NCBI GenBank assembly: GCA_031362565.1
Contig: JANLSU010000078.1
Span: 1 to 64,000 of the forward strand
DNA: 64,000 nt
Source of the DNA: a bacterium
Lineage (GTDB): Bacteria > Krumholzibacteriota > Krumholzibacteriia > G020349025
Direction: 5' to 3'
Shown here: positions 48,711 through 58,418 of the stretch, in pieces
Layout of the letters: each line of letters starts with the position of its first letter
Position numbering within the stretch: position 1 is the first letter of the stretch
Program-made: the position numbers and the translations under genes
Notes under the pieces: generated by a model
The model's database searches: none
Seen by the model: the letters and a program-made list of their open reading frames with translations, nothing else
Told to the model about the DNA's origin: nothing

Positions 48711-49499
48711 TTACCGTGCGAGATCGTTGGCCATCGTCATCATCTCGTCCGATGCTTTGATGGCCTTGGAGTTGATTTCGTAGGCGCGCTGCGCGGTGAT
48801 CAAGTTGATCATTTCTTCGACGATCTCGACGTTGGAGACCTCGAGCTGGCCCTGCGCGATGCGGCCAAAGCCCTGCGTGGTCGGAGTTCCGGACACCGGC
48901 TCACCGGAGGCTCCGGACAAGACGAACAAGTTCTGACCCTGGGCCGACAAACCGGCGGCGTTCATGAAGCGCACCAGCTCGATCTGCCCTACCGACTGCG
49001 GCGTGGCGTCGCCCGGGACGCGCACCGAGACCGCGCCGTCGGCCCCGACCAGGACTTCCTTCGTGTCGTCGGGCAACGTGATGTCCGGACTCAATGGATA
49101 GCCGTCGCTGGTGACGATGCGGCCCTCGGCCGAGACCTTGAAGCTGCCGTCGCGCGTGTAGGCTTCCGTTCCATCAGGCATCTGCACCCGGAAGAACCCG
49201 TCGCCCATGATCGCCAGGTCGGTGGCGTTGCCGGTCTGTTGGGTTTCGCCCTGCGTGAACATGCGCTGCGTCGACACCGGTGTCGCGCCGTAACCGATCT
49301 GCACCGATGCGGGTGCGACGATACCGGTCGAACCGGCGCCGCCGACGCCACGCATCTGCTGATAGAAGAGATCCTGAAACTCCATCCGGGCCTTCTTGAA
49401 GCCCGTGGTGTTGACGTTCGCCAGGTTGTTGGCGATGTTGTCGACGTTGAGCTGCTGCGCCTTCATGCCGCTCGCAGCGGTCTGCATGGCTCGAATCAT
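48711..49499 (-). CDS. flgG: Distal rod protein FlgG
   Basis: ANNLANVNTTGFK, EFQDLFYQ, YTRDG, LEVSNV, QRAYE. Confidence 0.96.
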   Translation of the reverse strand: MIRAMQTAASGMKAQQLNVDNIANNLANVNTTGFKKARMEFQDLFYQQMRGVGGAGSTGIVAPASVQIGYGATPVSTQRMFTQGETQQTGNATDLAIMGDGFFRVQMPDGTEAYTRDGSFKVSAEGRIVTSDGYPLSPDITLPDDTKEVLVGADGAVSVRVPGDATPQSVGQIELVRFMNAAGLSAQGQNLFVLSGASGEPVSGTPTTQGFGRIAQGQLEVSNVEIVEEMINLITAQRAYEINSKAIKASDEMMTMANDLAR

Positions 49500-49518
49500 G
49501 GCGTCCTCCCGTGCGGCC

Positions 49519-50235
49519 TCACCGCTGGATCAACTCGTTGACCGTGCGCCCGAGAGCATCGCTCTGCAGGCGGACCATGCGCTGAGATGCTTCGTATTCA
49601 CGCATGAGAGTCATCATGCGAACCATCTCGTCCATCGTTTCGACGTTCGATCGCTCGAGACTCTTCTGGCGCACGTGGGCGGTTGTGGGTGCCGGCTCGA
49701 GCGTCGTGCCCGGCCGCGGCGCGAAATGGCTCTTGCCTTCGCGTACCAGGCCGGCGGTCGAAGCGAAATTCTTGATCGCCAAGCGCCCTACCGACTGCTC
49801 GTCCACGAACACTTCACCGCTCGCATCGATGGCGACGCGATTGCCGGTCAGGGTCATCGGACCGGATTCGGACAGCACCGGCGCACCGCTCGAATCCACC
49901 AGCGTGCCGGCCGGATCGAGCGAGAAGTTGCCGTTGCGCGTGTAGCGCTCGCCTTCCGGCGTGTCGACGGCGAAGAATCCCGGGCCCTCGATCGCCACAT
50001 CCAGGTCGCGCCCGGTCGGCTCGACCAACCCTTGAGCGAAGTCCGTGAAGATGTGCTGTTTCTTCTCCACGTCGCGAATCGATTCGGCCGACTGGATATC
50101 GGTCAATTCCTCGGAGAAAACCCGGGTCGCCTTGAAGCCGGGCGTCGAGGTGTTTGCGAGGTTCTCGCTCACCGCGTTCTGCCACACTTGGCGCGCCACC
50201 ATCGCGGCGCCCGAGGTGTACATCCCGTCCGACAT
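49519..50235 (-). CDS. flgF: Proximal rod protein FlgF
   Basis: NLANTSTPGFK, TGRDLDVAI, YTRNG, LERSNV. Confidence 0.88.
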   Translation of the reverse strand: MSDGMYTSGAAMVARQVWQNAVSENLANTSTPGFKATRVFSEELTDIQSAESIRDVEKKQHIFTDFAQGLVEPTGRDLDVAIEGPGFFAVDTPEGERYTRNGNFSLDPAGTLVDSSGAPVLSESGPMTLTGNRVAIDASGEVFVDEQSVGRLAIKNFASTAGLVREGKSHFAPRPGTTLEPAPTTAHVRQKSLERSNVETMDEMVRMMTLMREYEASQRMVRLQSDALGRTVNELIQR

Positions 50236-50281
50236 GTGCGCCGCCTCCCGCGGTTTCCGTACTCGTCCAGTGGTCGAACGC

Positions 50282-50297
50282 TGCAGACGACGTGCCC
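50282..50297 (-). promoter_or_regulatory. sigma54-like promoter candidate for the flgF-flgG operon
   Basis: Minus strand GGGCAC-GTCGT-CTGCA with GG-N10-GC spacing. Confidence 0.4.
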
Positions 50298-50477
50298 AGC
50301 GCGTCGATTCAACCTGCTTCAGCGCCGGCGCCGCTCGGCGGCTGTCGTCGCGCGTCGAGACGCGCAGCACTTGTTCGGCCCCTGTCCTATGCTCGTGTAC
50401 GTCCGGCGACGTACGCGTGCAGTGCGTCCGGTGCGCTGCACGATTCCGATCCGCACCGGCGTGGCCGTTTTCCGGCC

Positions 50478-50681
50478 TCAGGCCTCGACGTCGAGTTTGT
50501 GGCCTGAATGCTCGTCGGCCGGCGCCGGCCGCGATTCTTCTTCGTCGGGCGATTCGTGCGGCGCCCCGTCAGGGTTCTGCTGGCGCGGCGCATCGTCGCC
50601 GACCCGCGGTGTCCGTCCGATCCGCTGGATGAGCGGCGCTCCCGGCCGCACGGGTGGTACATCGAATCCCGCCGCGCTCAC
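50478..50681 (-). CDS. Small disordered flagellar-operon protein ending GHKLDVEA
   Basis: GTGA coupling to the fliA stop. C-terminal G-x-x-(L/I)-D-x-x-A tail. Confidence 0.6.
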   Translation of the reverse strand: MSAAGFDVPPVRPGAPLIQRIGRTPRVGDDAPRQQNPDGAPHESPDEEESRPAPADEHSGHKLDVEA

Positions 50682-51424
50682 GAGTCATCTCCAAAGCCGA
50701 GGGTGACGCACAGCCGCGCGCGCAGCGCGGCCACGGCCGCGGTACGGATCTGCGACACGCGTGACTCCGTGACGCCCAGCACCGCACCGATTTCCTTCAT
50801 TTTAAGCTGCTCGTGGTAGTAGAGCGCCAAGACCAGGCGTTCGTTGCGCGGCAACTCTTCGATCCAACGCATGACAAGTGCTTCGACCTCGCGCTGCTCG
50901 ACTTCACCAAGCGGGTCGAGCTTGCTTTCGTCGATCTCTTCGGGCAGCGAATCGCTGCGTTCCAGGAGTTCTTCGATGGAGTACAGCGGCACGCGGGCGG
51001 CGGTGTCGAGAAGGTCGACGACATCCTCGGGCGTGCTGCCGATCTCGGCGGCAATTTCCACCGGCGTGGGGGTGCGCTTCAACGTTTGCGACAAGGACGC
51101 CGCGGTGCGCTCGACGCGCCGCACCTTGACGCGCGTCGAGTACGGCAGCGGATCTTGCGCCCGCAAGTGGTCGTACACGGCGCCGCGCACATACTGTGAC
51201 GCGAAGCTTTCGAAGCGCGTGCCGCGCCCGGGGTCGAAGGCGTCCACGGCGCGAATCAGTCCGAGCATTCCGGCGCTCACGAGGTCGGCGGCGTCGACGT
51301 GCCGCGGCACCGCGGCGGCGACGCCGTGCGCGATCCGCTTTACGAGCGGCATGTGCTGCAGGATGGTTTGCTCACGATCGGCCCGTAGCGCCGCGTCGTA
51401 TGCTGTGCCTTCCATCGCCTTCAC
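50678..51424 (-). CDS. fliA: RNA polymerase sigma-28 factor
   Basis: DLVSAGMLGL, FDPGRG..F, LYY...KEIG.VLGVTESRVSQ. Confidence 0.93.
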   Translation of the reverse strand: MKAMEGTAYDAALRADREQTILQHMPLVKRIAHGVAAAVPRHVDAADLVSAGMLGLIRAVDAFDPGRGTRFESFASQYVRGAVYDHLRAQDPLPYSTRVKVRRVERTAASLSQTLKRTPTPVEIAAEIGSTPEDVVDLLDTAARVPLYSIEELLERSDSLPEEIDESKLDPLGEVEQREVEALVMRWIEELPRNERLVLALYYHEQLKMKEIGAVLGVTESRVSQIRTAAVAALRARLCVTLGFGDDS

Positions 51425-51448
51425 ATCCCCTCACTCCCCCAAAGGCCC

Positions 51449-53545
51449 TCAAGCGGCTGCCGGCACCGGCTCTAATACGGGTTCGGCGCTGCGCGCCGCA
51501 GCTAGGCTCAGGACGCCCACGGCGCGGACATCGATGTCGGTCGCGAGCTCGTGATACGCGAGAACCGGCAGAGTCGGAAACGACGCCTCGAGCAAGCGGC
51601 GGACCGCGATGCGCACCCGCGGCGCGCACACGACCGCCGGCCGTTCCTGGCGATCCAGAATGGCGCGCACGTACCGGCGCAGGAGCTGGAAGAGCGCCTG
51701 AGTATCCTGTGGCGGCATCGCCACGACGCCGTCGCGCAAGGACTGCTGCAGCAGTTGCTCGAGCGCCGGATCGAGTGAAACGACCTCGAGTTTGTGTTCC
51801 GCGGATGCGCAAGCTTCGCAGATGGCGCGCGCCAGTCCAGCCCGCACCGATTCCGTGAGCGCATCGACGTCGCGCGTTTGCGGTGCGTAGTCCGCCAAGA
51901 TCTCCAAGATGCGCCCCAGATCCCGTACCGGCACGCGTTCGCGCAAGAGGTTCTGCAGCACGCGCTGTAGAATGCCCATCGACACGATGTCGGGCACGAC
52001 GTCCTTGACGAGCGTCGGGCTGTCCTTGCGGAGCTCCTCGAGCAGCGATTGGACGTCTTGCCGGGACATGATTTCGGCGGCTTGCGACTTCACGACTTCG
52101 GTGAGATGCGTCGCCAAGACGACGCTGTTCGTCACGACGGTGAGTCCCTGGTCTTCGGCGCGCGGCTTCACCGCGCCGGTGACCCATTTCGCACTCAGCC
52201 CGAACGCCGGTTCCTTGGTCTCGACGCCGTCGATGCGCCCGAGCGCCGCCAAGTCGCCCATCGCCAGCCAGTAGCCGGCCAGCAAGCGCCCGCCATCGAC
52301 ACGATGGCCGCGGATCCGGATCTCGTAGTGGTCCGGACGCAGACGAATATCGTCGCGGATGCGAATCTTCGGGATGATGATGCCGAGCTCGGACGCCATC
52401 TGGCGCCGCATCGTGATGACGCGGTCCAGAAAATCGCTGCCGCCATCCTTGTCGAGCAGCGGGATCAGACCGAAGCCGACCGCAACCTCGAGCCGGTCGA
52501 CGCGCAGGAATTCTTCCGGCGTCTCTTCGTGCTTCGGGACCGGAGCCGGAGCCGCCGCCGCCGCCGAACGCTTCTTTTCGCGCCGCGCCGCAGCCTGCCC
52601 CAAGAGCGCCAATGCGCCCGCCAGCACCAGGAGCGCCATGGACGGAATGCCGGGAACCAGTGCCAGCACGCACAACGCGATCGCCACGATGTTGAGCGGC
52701 CGGCGGCGGTCGAACAACTGGTGGCCCATTTCGGCGCCCAGCTTCTCGCCCGCGGCGGCACGGCTTACCACGATACCGGCGGCGGTCGAAACGATCAGCG
52801 CCGGAATCTGGCTCACCAGGCCGTCGCCGATCGTCAGGCGCGTGTAGGTGCGCAGCGCTTCCCCGGGCGCCATCTTGAGCTGCAGCACGCCGATGATGAA
52901 ACCGGCGAAGATGTTGACGAGCGCGATTACGATACCGGCGATCGCATCGCCTCGGACGAACTTCGACGCGCCGTCCATGGCGCCATAGAAGTTCGCTTCG
53001 CGCGACAGGTTTTCGCGCCGGCGCAGCGCTTCCTTGTCGTCGATGAGGCCGGCGTTGAGATCTGCGTCGATGCTCATCTGCTTGCCAGGCATCGCGTCCA
53101 AGGTGAAGCGCGCCCCGACTTCGGCATTTCGCTCCGTACCCTTGACGATGACGAAAAACTGAATGATGACCAGAATGATGAAAATCACGCTGCCGACGAC
53201 GTAGTTGTCCTTGACGACGAAGGTGCCGAAGGCGGAAATCATCTTTCCGGCGTAGGCCTGGCCCAGGATGAGGCGCGTCGATGCGACGTTGAGCGCCAGG
53301 CGGAACAGAGTCAGGACCAGCATCAAGCTCGGGAACACGGACAGTTGCAGTGGCTCCTTGGCATGCAGGGCATTCACCAGGACGATGAGCGAGAAACTGA
53401 TGTTGAAGGCGAGCATGATGTCGATCAAGAACGTCGGCACCGGAACGATCATGACGCCCAGGATGCCGATGACGGCAAATGCCAAAATGGCATCCGAGCG
53501 ATTCCCGAGGCCGAGAACGGCCGGAGTTTTTGCGACGGCGCTCAT
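51449..53545 (-). CDS. flhA: Flagellar export protein FlhA
   Basis: AEVGARFTLDAMPGKQMSIDADL, FYGAMDGASKFVRGDA, TIGDGLVSQIP. Confidence 0.97.
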   Translation of the reverse strand: MSAVAKTPAVLGLGNRSDAILAFAVIGILGVMIVPVPTFLIDIMLAFNISFSLIVLVNALHAKEPLQLSVFPSLMLVLTLFRLALNVASTRLILGQAYAGKMISAFGTFVVKDNYVVGSVIFIILVIIQFFVIVKGTERNAEVGARFTLDAMPGKQMSIDADLNAGLIDDKEALRRRENLSREANFYGAMDGASKFVRGDAIAGIVIALVNIFAGFIIGVLQLKMAPGEALRTYTRLTIGDGLVSQIPALIVSTAAGIVVSRAAAGEKLGAEMGHQLFDRRRPLNIVAIALCVLALVPGIPSMALLVLAGALALLGQAAARREKKRSAAAAAPAPVPKHEETPEEFLRVDRLEVAVGFGLIPLLDKDGGSDFLDRVITMRRQMASELGIIIPKIRIRDDIRLRPDHYEIRIRGHRVDGGRLLAGYWLAMGDLAALGRIDGVETKEPAFGLSAKWVTGAVKPRAEDQGLTVVTNSVVLATHLTEVVKSQAAEIMSRQDVQSLLEELRKDSPTLVKDVVPDIVSMGILQRVLQNLLRERVPVRDLGRILEILADYAPQTRDVDALTESVRAGLARAICEACASAEHKLEVVSLDPALEQLLQQSLRDGVVAMPPQDTQALFQLLRRYVRAILDRQERPAVVCAPRVRIAVRRLLEASFPTLPVLAYHELATDIDVRAVGVLSLAAARSAEPVLEPVPAAA

Positions 53546-54636
53546 CGCGTGCCTCCGTCACTCGTCGAGACCCGGCCCTTGAGCCGGTAGACGTAACCCA
53601 GGACCTCAGCCACGGCGCGATAGAGCTCGCCCGGAATCTCGGCGCCCACCGGCGCCATGCGGAAGAGCGCCCGCGCCAGCGGCTTGTCCTCGATGACCGG
53701 CACGCCGTGCTGGCGGGCGAGATCCTTGATGCGCTGCGCGATCAAGCGTTCACCCTTGGCGACCACTCGTGGCGCACCCATGGACCCTGCGTCGTACTTG
53801 AGCGCCACCGCCAAGTGCGTCGGGTTCGTGAGCACGACGTCGGCGGTCGGTACCGCGTCCATCATCCGGCGCCGCGCCAGGTCGCGCTGGCGGCTGCGAA
53901 TGCGGGACTTGATGATCGGATCGCCCTCCGCTTCCTTCTGTTCTTCTTTGACTTCTTGGCGGCTCATGAGCAGATCTTGGTTGTAGCGGCGGCGCTGCCA
54001 GAGCCAGTCGACGACTCCCGAAGCCACCAAAACCAGCGCCACCCGCAACGCGATCGAACCGGCGAGATCCTCGACGCGCCCAAGCAATGAGGGCAATTCG
54101 AAGTCGAGGCCGGCCGCCATCGTTGTCATCATTTCGCGGATCCCGACCCAGCAGACCGCACCGACGACCGCCACCTTCAGCAGATCGCGCAAAAGCGAGA
54201 AGCCTGTCCCGGCCGAGAACATGCGGCGAAATCCGGCCAACGGATCGATGCGCGACAGATCAGGCATCGCCAAACGCGGCACGAACAGCAGCCCGCCTTG
54301 CAGCATCGCGGCAGAACCCGCCGCCGCGACGGTGACGATGCCGAAGAGCGGCAGCAGCAACTGCACCGTCCACACGAACCAGGACTGCGCGAGCAGCGGC
54401 AGTTCGGCGGCCGCCAGCGACTGGCGCGAGATCAATTGCAGGCACTCCGACCAGCGGTCCATGGTGCGCTGCATCATCCACGGCCCCACCGTCCGCAATC
54501 CCAAAACTGCCAGGAACAGGATGACCGACGATTGCAATTCCTTGCTGCGAATGACCTGGCCGCGGTCGCGAGCTCGCTTCTTATGCCTTCCGGTAGGCTG
54601 TTCGGTCCTGTTGCTCTGTTGCTCGGCCACTGCCAT
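53542..54636 (-). CDS. flhB: Flagellar export switch protein FlhB
   Basis: TEQPT, EGDP, TNPTH autocleavage motif. Confidence 0.96.
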   Translation of the reverse strand: MAVAEQQSNRTEQPTGRHKKRARDRGQVIRSKELQSSVILFLAVLGLRTVGPWMMQRTMDRWSECLQLISRQSLAAAELPLLAQSWFVWTVQLLLPLFGIVTVAAAGSAAMLQGGLLFVPRLAMPDLSRIDPLAGFRRMFSAGTGFSLLRDLLKVAVVGAVCWVGIREMMTTMAAGLDFELPSLLGRVEDLAGSIALRVALVLVASGVVDWLWQRRRYNQDLLMSRQEVKEEQKEAEGDPIIKSRIRSRQRDLARRRMMDAVPTADVVLTNPTHLAVALKYDAGSMGAPRVVAKGERLIAQRIKDLARQHGVPVIEDKPLARALFRMAPVGAEIPGELYRAVAEVLGYVYRLKGRVSTSDGGTR

Positions 54637-54687
54637 TCACCTCGCCGTCGCCGGTTTGCAAGCTTTCCCGTGCCGTAGCGTGCGCGC

Positions 54688-55467
54688 TCAGTGCGCCAGC
54701 GCCGCCACCAATCCGTCGACCGTGTTTGGAACCGAGATCAGTGTCCGTTGGATCAGGGCGAAAGTCGCCGGCAACGCCAGGGCCGCCACTGCGATCCCGA
54801 TCACGATGCGGACACCGAATCCCACGCTGAACAAGTTGAACTGCGGCACGCTGCGCGACAGCAACGCCATCGCCAGTTCCGCCAGAATCACACTCGCGAC
54901 CACCGGCGCGGCGATTTGCACCGCGATGACGACCGAGTTCCCGAACAACGCCAGGAAGGCCTCGGCAAGGTGGCCGGAAAACTGCGCCTGTCCCACCGGC
55001 ACGATCGTGTAGCTGCGGCCGAGTCCGGCCAAGACGACCCGGTGCGCACCGGTCGTCACGAACAGGGTGACCGCGAGCAAATCGTGCAGGCGGTCGAGAA
55101 TGACTTCCTGCTCACCGAAATTCGGGTCGACGCTGGCGGCAAAGCCGAAGCCGATTTGGGCGCCCGCCAGCCGTCCGCCGTATTGCGCCGCCGAGACCAC
55201 CACTTGCACCGCGAGGCCGATGAGCACACCCATGGCGGCTTCGCGCGCCACCAAGAGCGCCAGGCCGAGCGGATCGCTGGGCACCGTCACGCCGGCGCCG
55301 GCCACCGGCAGCAGCAGGACGGCGATCATCAGCGACAGCCAGACGCGCAGCGCCGGCGGCATGAGCCGCGACGCGAAGCAAGGTGCCACGAACAGCAGCG
55401 CCCCGATCCGCACCGCGATCAGCAGCAGGAGCGGTACTTGTGTGAACCACGTCTCGAGTGACGACAC
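54688..55467 (-). CDS. fliR: Export gate protein FliR
   Basis: Multi-TM protein with GAQIGFG and LSRSVPQFNLF. Confidence 0.9.
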   Translation of the reverse strand: MSSLETWFTQVPLLLLIAVRIGALLFVAPCFASRLMPPALRVWLSLMIAVLLLPVAGAGVTVPSDPLGLALLVAREAAMGVLIGLAVQVVVSAAQYGGRLAGAQIGFGFAASVDPNFGEQEVILDRLHDLLAVTLFVTTGAHRVVLAGLGRSYTIVPVGQAQFSGHLAEAFLALFGNSVVIAVQIAAPVVASVILAELAMALLSRSVPQFNLFSVGFGVRIVIGIAVAALALPATFALIQRTLISVPNTVDGLVAALAH

Positions 55468-55479
55468 GGTACGAACTCC

Positions 55480-55749
55480 TCAGCGCGCGAAGGCGGCAAA
55501 ATCCCCGAACAACAGCGTCGTGAAACCGACGAGCTTTTGAATCATCCACGGGGCGCATATCAAGAAGGCGATGCCGACCGCGATGGCCTTGGGAATGAAT
55601 CCCAGGCTGGTTTCCTGAACTTGCGTCACGGCTTGCAGGACACTCATCAGGATGCCGACGAGCATTCCGAACAGCAGCATGGGGCCGGCGAGCTGCAGCG
55701 TGAGCATCAGCGTCTCGCGGGTCAGGCCCATGAGCATCTCTTCGGTCAT
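55480..55749 (-). CDS. fliQ: Export gate protein FliQ
   Basis: LQAVTQVQETSLGFIPK. Confidence 0.95.
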   Translation of the reverse strand: MTEEMLMGLTRETLMLTLQLAGPMLLFGMLVGILMSVLQAVTQVQETSLGFIPKAIAVGIAFLICAPWMIQKLVGFTTLLFGDFAAFAR

Positions 55750-55759
55750 GTCCGCTTCC

Positions 55760-56527
55760 TCACCTGAAACTCGTCACCAGCGACTGCACGACGAGGTGCC
55801 ACCCATCCACCAGGACGAAGAGCAAGATCTTGAACGGCATCGAAAAGGTGATCGGCGGCAGCATCATCATGCCCATGGACATCAGAACGCTTGCCACCAC
55901 GAGATCGATCACCAGGAATGGAATGAAGAGCATGAAGCCGATCTGGAAGGCAGTCGTCAGCTCGCTGACGATGAAAGCCGGCACGACGGCTTGCAGCGGC
56001 ACGTCGGCGACGCTCTTGGCGTCGTGCACTCCGGCCATGTTGGCGAACAGGCCTAGATCTTTTTCGCGCGTCTGCCGCAGCATGAAGCCGCGCACCGGCT
56101 CAGTGGCGCGATGCCAGGCGTCGATTTCCGAGATCTCGTGGCGCACGAGCGGCTGCAGTGCGTTGTCATTGACTTGCTTCCAGACCGGCGCCATGACGAA
56201 CGCGGTCAGAAAGAGCGCCAGACCCACCAGCACTTGGTTGGGCGGCGTTTGCTGCTGGCCGATGGCGTGCTTCAGGAAACCGAGCACGATGACGATCCGC
56301 GTGAATGACGTCACCAGCACCGCGAGTGCCGGCGCCAGCGACAGGATCGTCAGCAATACGACGATGCGCAGCGTGACCGGCAAACTCGCCGGGTCACCCG
56401 TGCCGTCGACGTTCAACGACACCTTGGGCAGCGCCCAAGCGGCGCTCGCGCCTAGAACGAGGACGAGTCCCGCCAAGGCCGCGATGCGCGGCGTACTGCA
56501 CACGCGCCGGCGGCCGGGGAGCCTCAT
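55760..56527 (-). CDS. fliP: Export gate protein FliP
   Basis: TSFTRI, QQTPPNQ, PAF.VSEL, MGMMMLPP, LFVLVDGW. Confidence 0.96.
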   Translation of the reverse strand: MRLPGRRRVCSTPRIAALAGLVLVLGASAAWALPKVSLNVDGTGDPASLPVTLRIVVLLTILSLAPALAVLVTSFTRIVIVLGFLKHAIGQQQTPPNQVLVGLALFLTAFVMAPVWKQVNDNALQPLVRHEISEIDAWHRATEPVRGFMLRQTREKDLGLFANMAGVHDAKSVADVPLQAVVPAFIVSELTTAFQIGFMLFIPFLVIDLVVASVLMSMGMMMLPPITFSMPFKILLFVLVDGWHLVVQSLVTSFR

Positions 56528-57030
56528 GGCGCACCCGCCTTCTGCGTCACGATGTGCAGGAGGCTCGCGAACGCCGTACCGCGCGGTGCATCACCGGGCG
56601 GGTAGAGCGTTGCTGCCTCTTCCGGCGACAGCTCGAACACCGGTGCGATGGACGTTTCCGTGACGCCGACCACGACGACGCGTGACCCGGCACGTACGCC
56701 ATAGAGCGCCCGCTTCGGGGCCAGGTCCAGGCGGTCGACGATTTGGAGTCGGCTGACGCCGGCCGTGCCGCCGCGCGTGCCCATCGCCCGCCGCAGCACG
56801 AATCCGGCACCGAGGATCAGCGCCACGATGAGGGCCAACGCGAGTCCGAGCCGCAGCGACAACGACGCCAAGCCGCCGCCCGGGACACCGGGCGGTGTGG
56901 CCGATACGCCGGCGCCCGCGACTCCGGTGGCTGGCGGCGTCGTGCCGGTACTGCACCAAACCAAGAGCGCCGCGCAGCAACACGCCGCGACGGCGATCCA
57001 AAGCCAACGGCTGCCGCGCAACGGCTTCAC
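56524..57030 (-). CDS. fliO: FliO family protein
   Basis: TM helix followed by LQIVDRLDLAPKR..VVGVTE; located between fliN and fliP. Confidence 0.8.
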   Translation of the reverse strand: MKPLRGSRWLWIAVAACCCAALLVWCSTGTTPPATGVAGAGVSATPPGVPGGGLASLSLRLGLALALIVALILGAGFVLRRAMGTRGGTAGVSRLQIVDRLDLAPKRALYGVRAGSRVVVVGVTETSIAPVFELSPEEAATLYPPGDAPRGTAFASLLHIVTQKAGAP

Positions 57031-57479
57031 TTCTTCTCCACGTTCGGGTCGAGCAGTTCGGTAACACGAATTCCGAAGCGGTCGTCCACGACCACGACTT
57101 CACCGCGGCCCACCAGTTCCCGATTGATCAAGATGTCTACGGGCTCGCCCAAGGCGCGTTCGAGACGCACCACCGATCCAGGGCCAATCTTGAGCGCATC
57201 GCGGAGCGGTATCGAGGCACCGCCAAGCACAACGGTCATCGTGACCACCACGTCCATCAGCAGGCCGATGTTGTCGCGGCCTTCCGGACTCGCGCCGGCT
57301 TGCAGCGGTTGAAATTGCGCCCGCCGCACTTCAGTCGTCGCGGCGTCGCCGGCGGCCGGTGCTGCGGCCCCGACTGGCGGCTCTGCTGCCGGCGCCGACA
57401 CCGGCACGGCCGCCGCGACGGCGGGGCGGGCCGGATCCACGACCGGGCGTCCGGCGGGTTGTGCTGTTTCGTTCGCCAC
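57027..57479 (-). CDS. fliN: C-ring protein FliN
   Basis: NIGLLMDV, GSVVRL..GEPVDI, GEVVVVDDRFGIRVT. Confidence 0.92.
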   Translation of the reverse strand: MANETAQPAGRPVVDPARPAVAAAVPVSAPAAEPPVGAAAPAAGDAATTEVRRAQFQPLQAGASPEGRDNIGLLMDVVVTMTVVLGGASIPLRDALKIGPGSVVRLERALGEPVDILINRELVGRGEVVVVDDRFGIRVTELLDPNVEKK

Positions 57480-57551
57480 GATTCCGTTCTCCTTCCCTTT
57501 CCCTGGCGCGTTCGACCGGCGGGCGTATTGCCGCCGCGCCGACGCCGCGCT

Positions 57552-58409
57552 TCACACCGAGCGCGTGATGCGGACTCCGAATGCGTCCTCGACCGAACCG
57601 GGATGGCCCCGGAATGCGACTCGGTCGCCGATCATCACCACGAGTTCGTCGCCGAGCTTGTGCTCCAGATGAACCACGTCACCGACGCGCAGCGCCGCCA
57701 GATCGCGGATGCGGATCGCCGTCGGCGGCCACTGCACACGAACGTGCACGCCGACGTTCTCGACGTGCTGCCACGTGAGGCCTTCGCCGTCCTTGACGGT
57801 CGTCGCTTCCTCGCCGATCGCCCGGCCGATTTCACCGTGCGAATAGAACAATTCGACGACGCCGGCTGCGTCGCCGACTCGCACTTCGAATGTCGCCGCC
57901 ACACCTTCCGTTGCTTCGGTCGCGTGGCGTTCTTCGGCAGCAACGAGCACCGCGGGATGCCCAGGTGCCGGCGGCACATTCCAGGCCGTCGCCAGCGCCT
58001 TGCGCACCGGGTCGGCGGTCAGGGTCAGCAACGCCGACTCGATCTCGGTCGGCTCGCGCGCCACTTCGCGCACCGCGCCCATGCCACCCAAGAGCCGGTC
58101 GACAAAGGCCTGCGATAGTTGCGCATCGACGCGCAAGAGGATCTGGCCCGCGTCCGTGAACGGTGCGAGCCGGAAAACGGGGTCGTACGGTGTCTCGAAG
58201 AGCTGCGCCGAAGCGCCTTCGCCGGCGCTTCGCAAGGTCACGTCGCAGGTCACTCCCAGCCGCTCACCGAGTGCCGCGGCGAGCGGCTTCACGAGAGCCG
58301 TCTGGTTTTCCGACAAGCGCTCGCGGACTCCCGCCGTAATCCGCACCGGCCGGCGAAAATCGTAGGCCTGTACTTCGTTGGCTGTCGCCGCCGCGCTCTC
58401 GGTCACCAC
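57552..58409 (-). CDS. fliM: C-ring protein FliM (short N-terminus)
   Basis: YDFRRP, DRLLGG, REPTEIE, C-terminal SpoA domain. Confidence 0.85.
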   Translation of the reverse strand: MVTESAAATANEVQAYDFRRPVRITAGVRERLSENQTALVKPLAAALGERLGVTCDVTLRSAGEGASAQLFETPYDPVFRLAPFTDAGQILLRVDAQLSQAFVDRLLGGMGAVREVAREPTEIESALLTLTADPVRKALATAWNVPPAPGHPAVLVAAEERHATEATEGVAATFEVRVGDAAGVVELFYSHGEIGRAIGEEATTVKDGEGLTWQHVENVGVHVRVQWPPTAIRIRDLAALRVGDVVHLEHKLGDELVVMIGDRVAFRGHPGSVEDAFGVRITRSV

Positions 58410-58418
58410 CAGCTCCGC

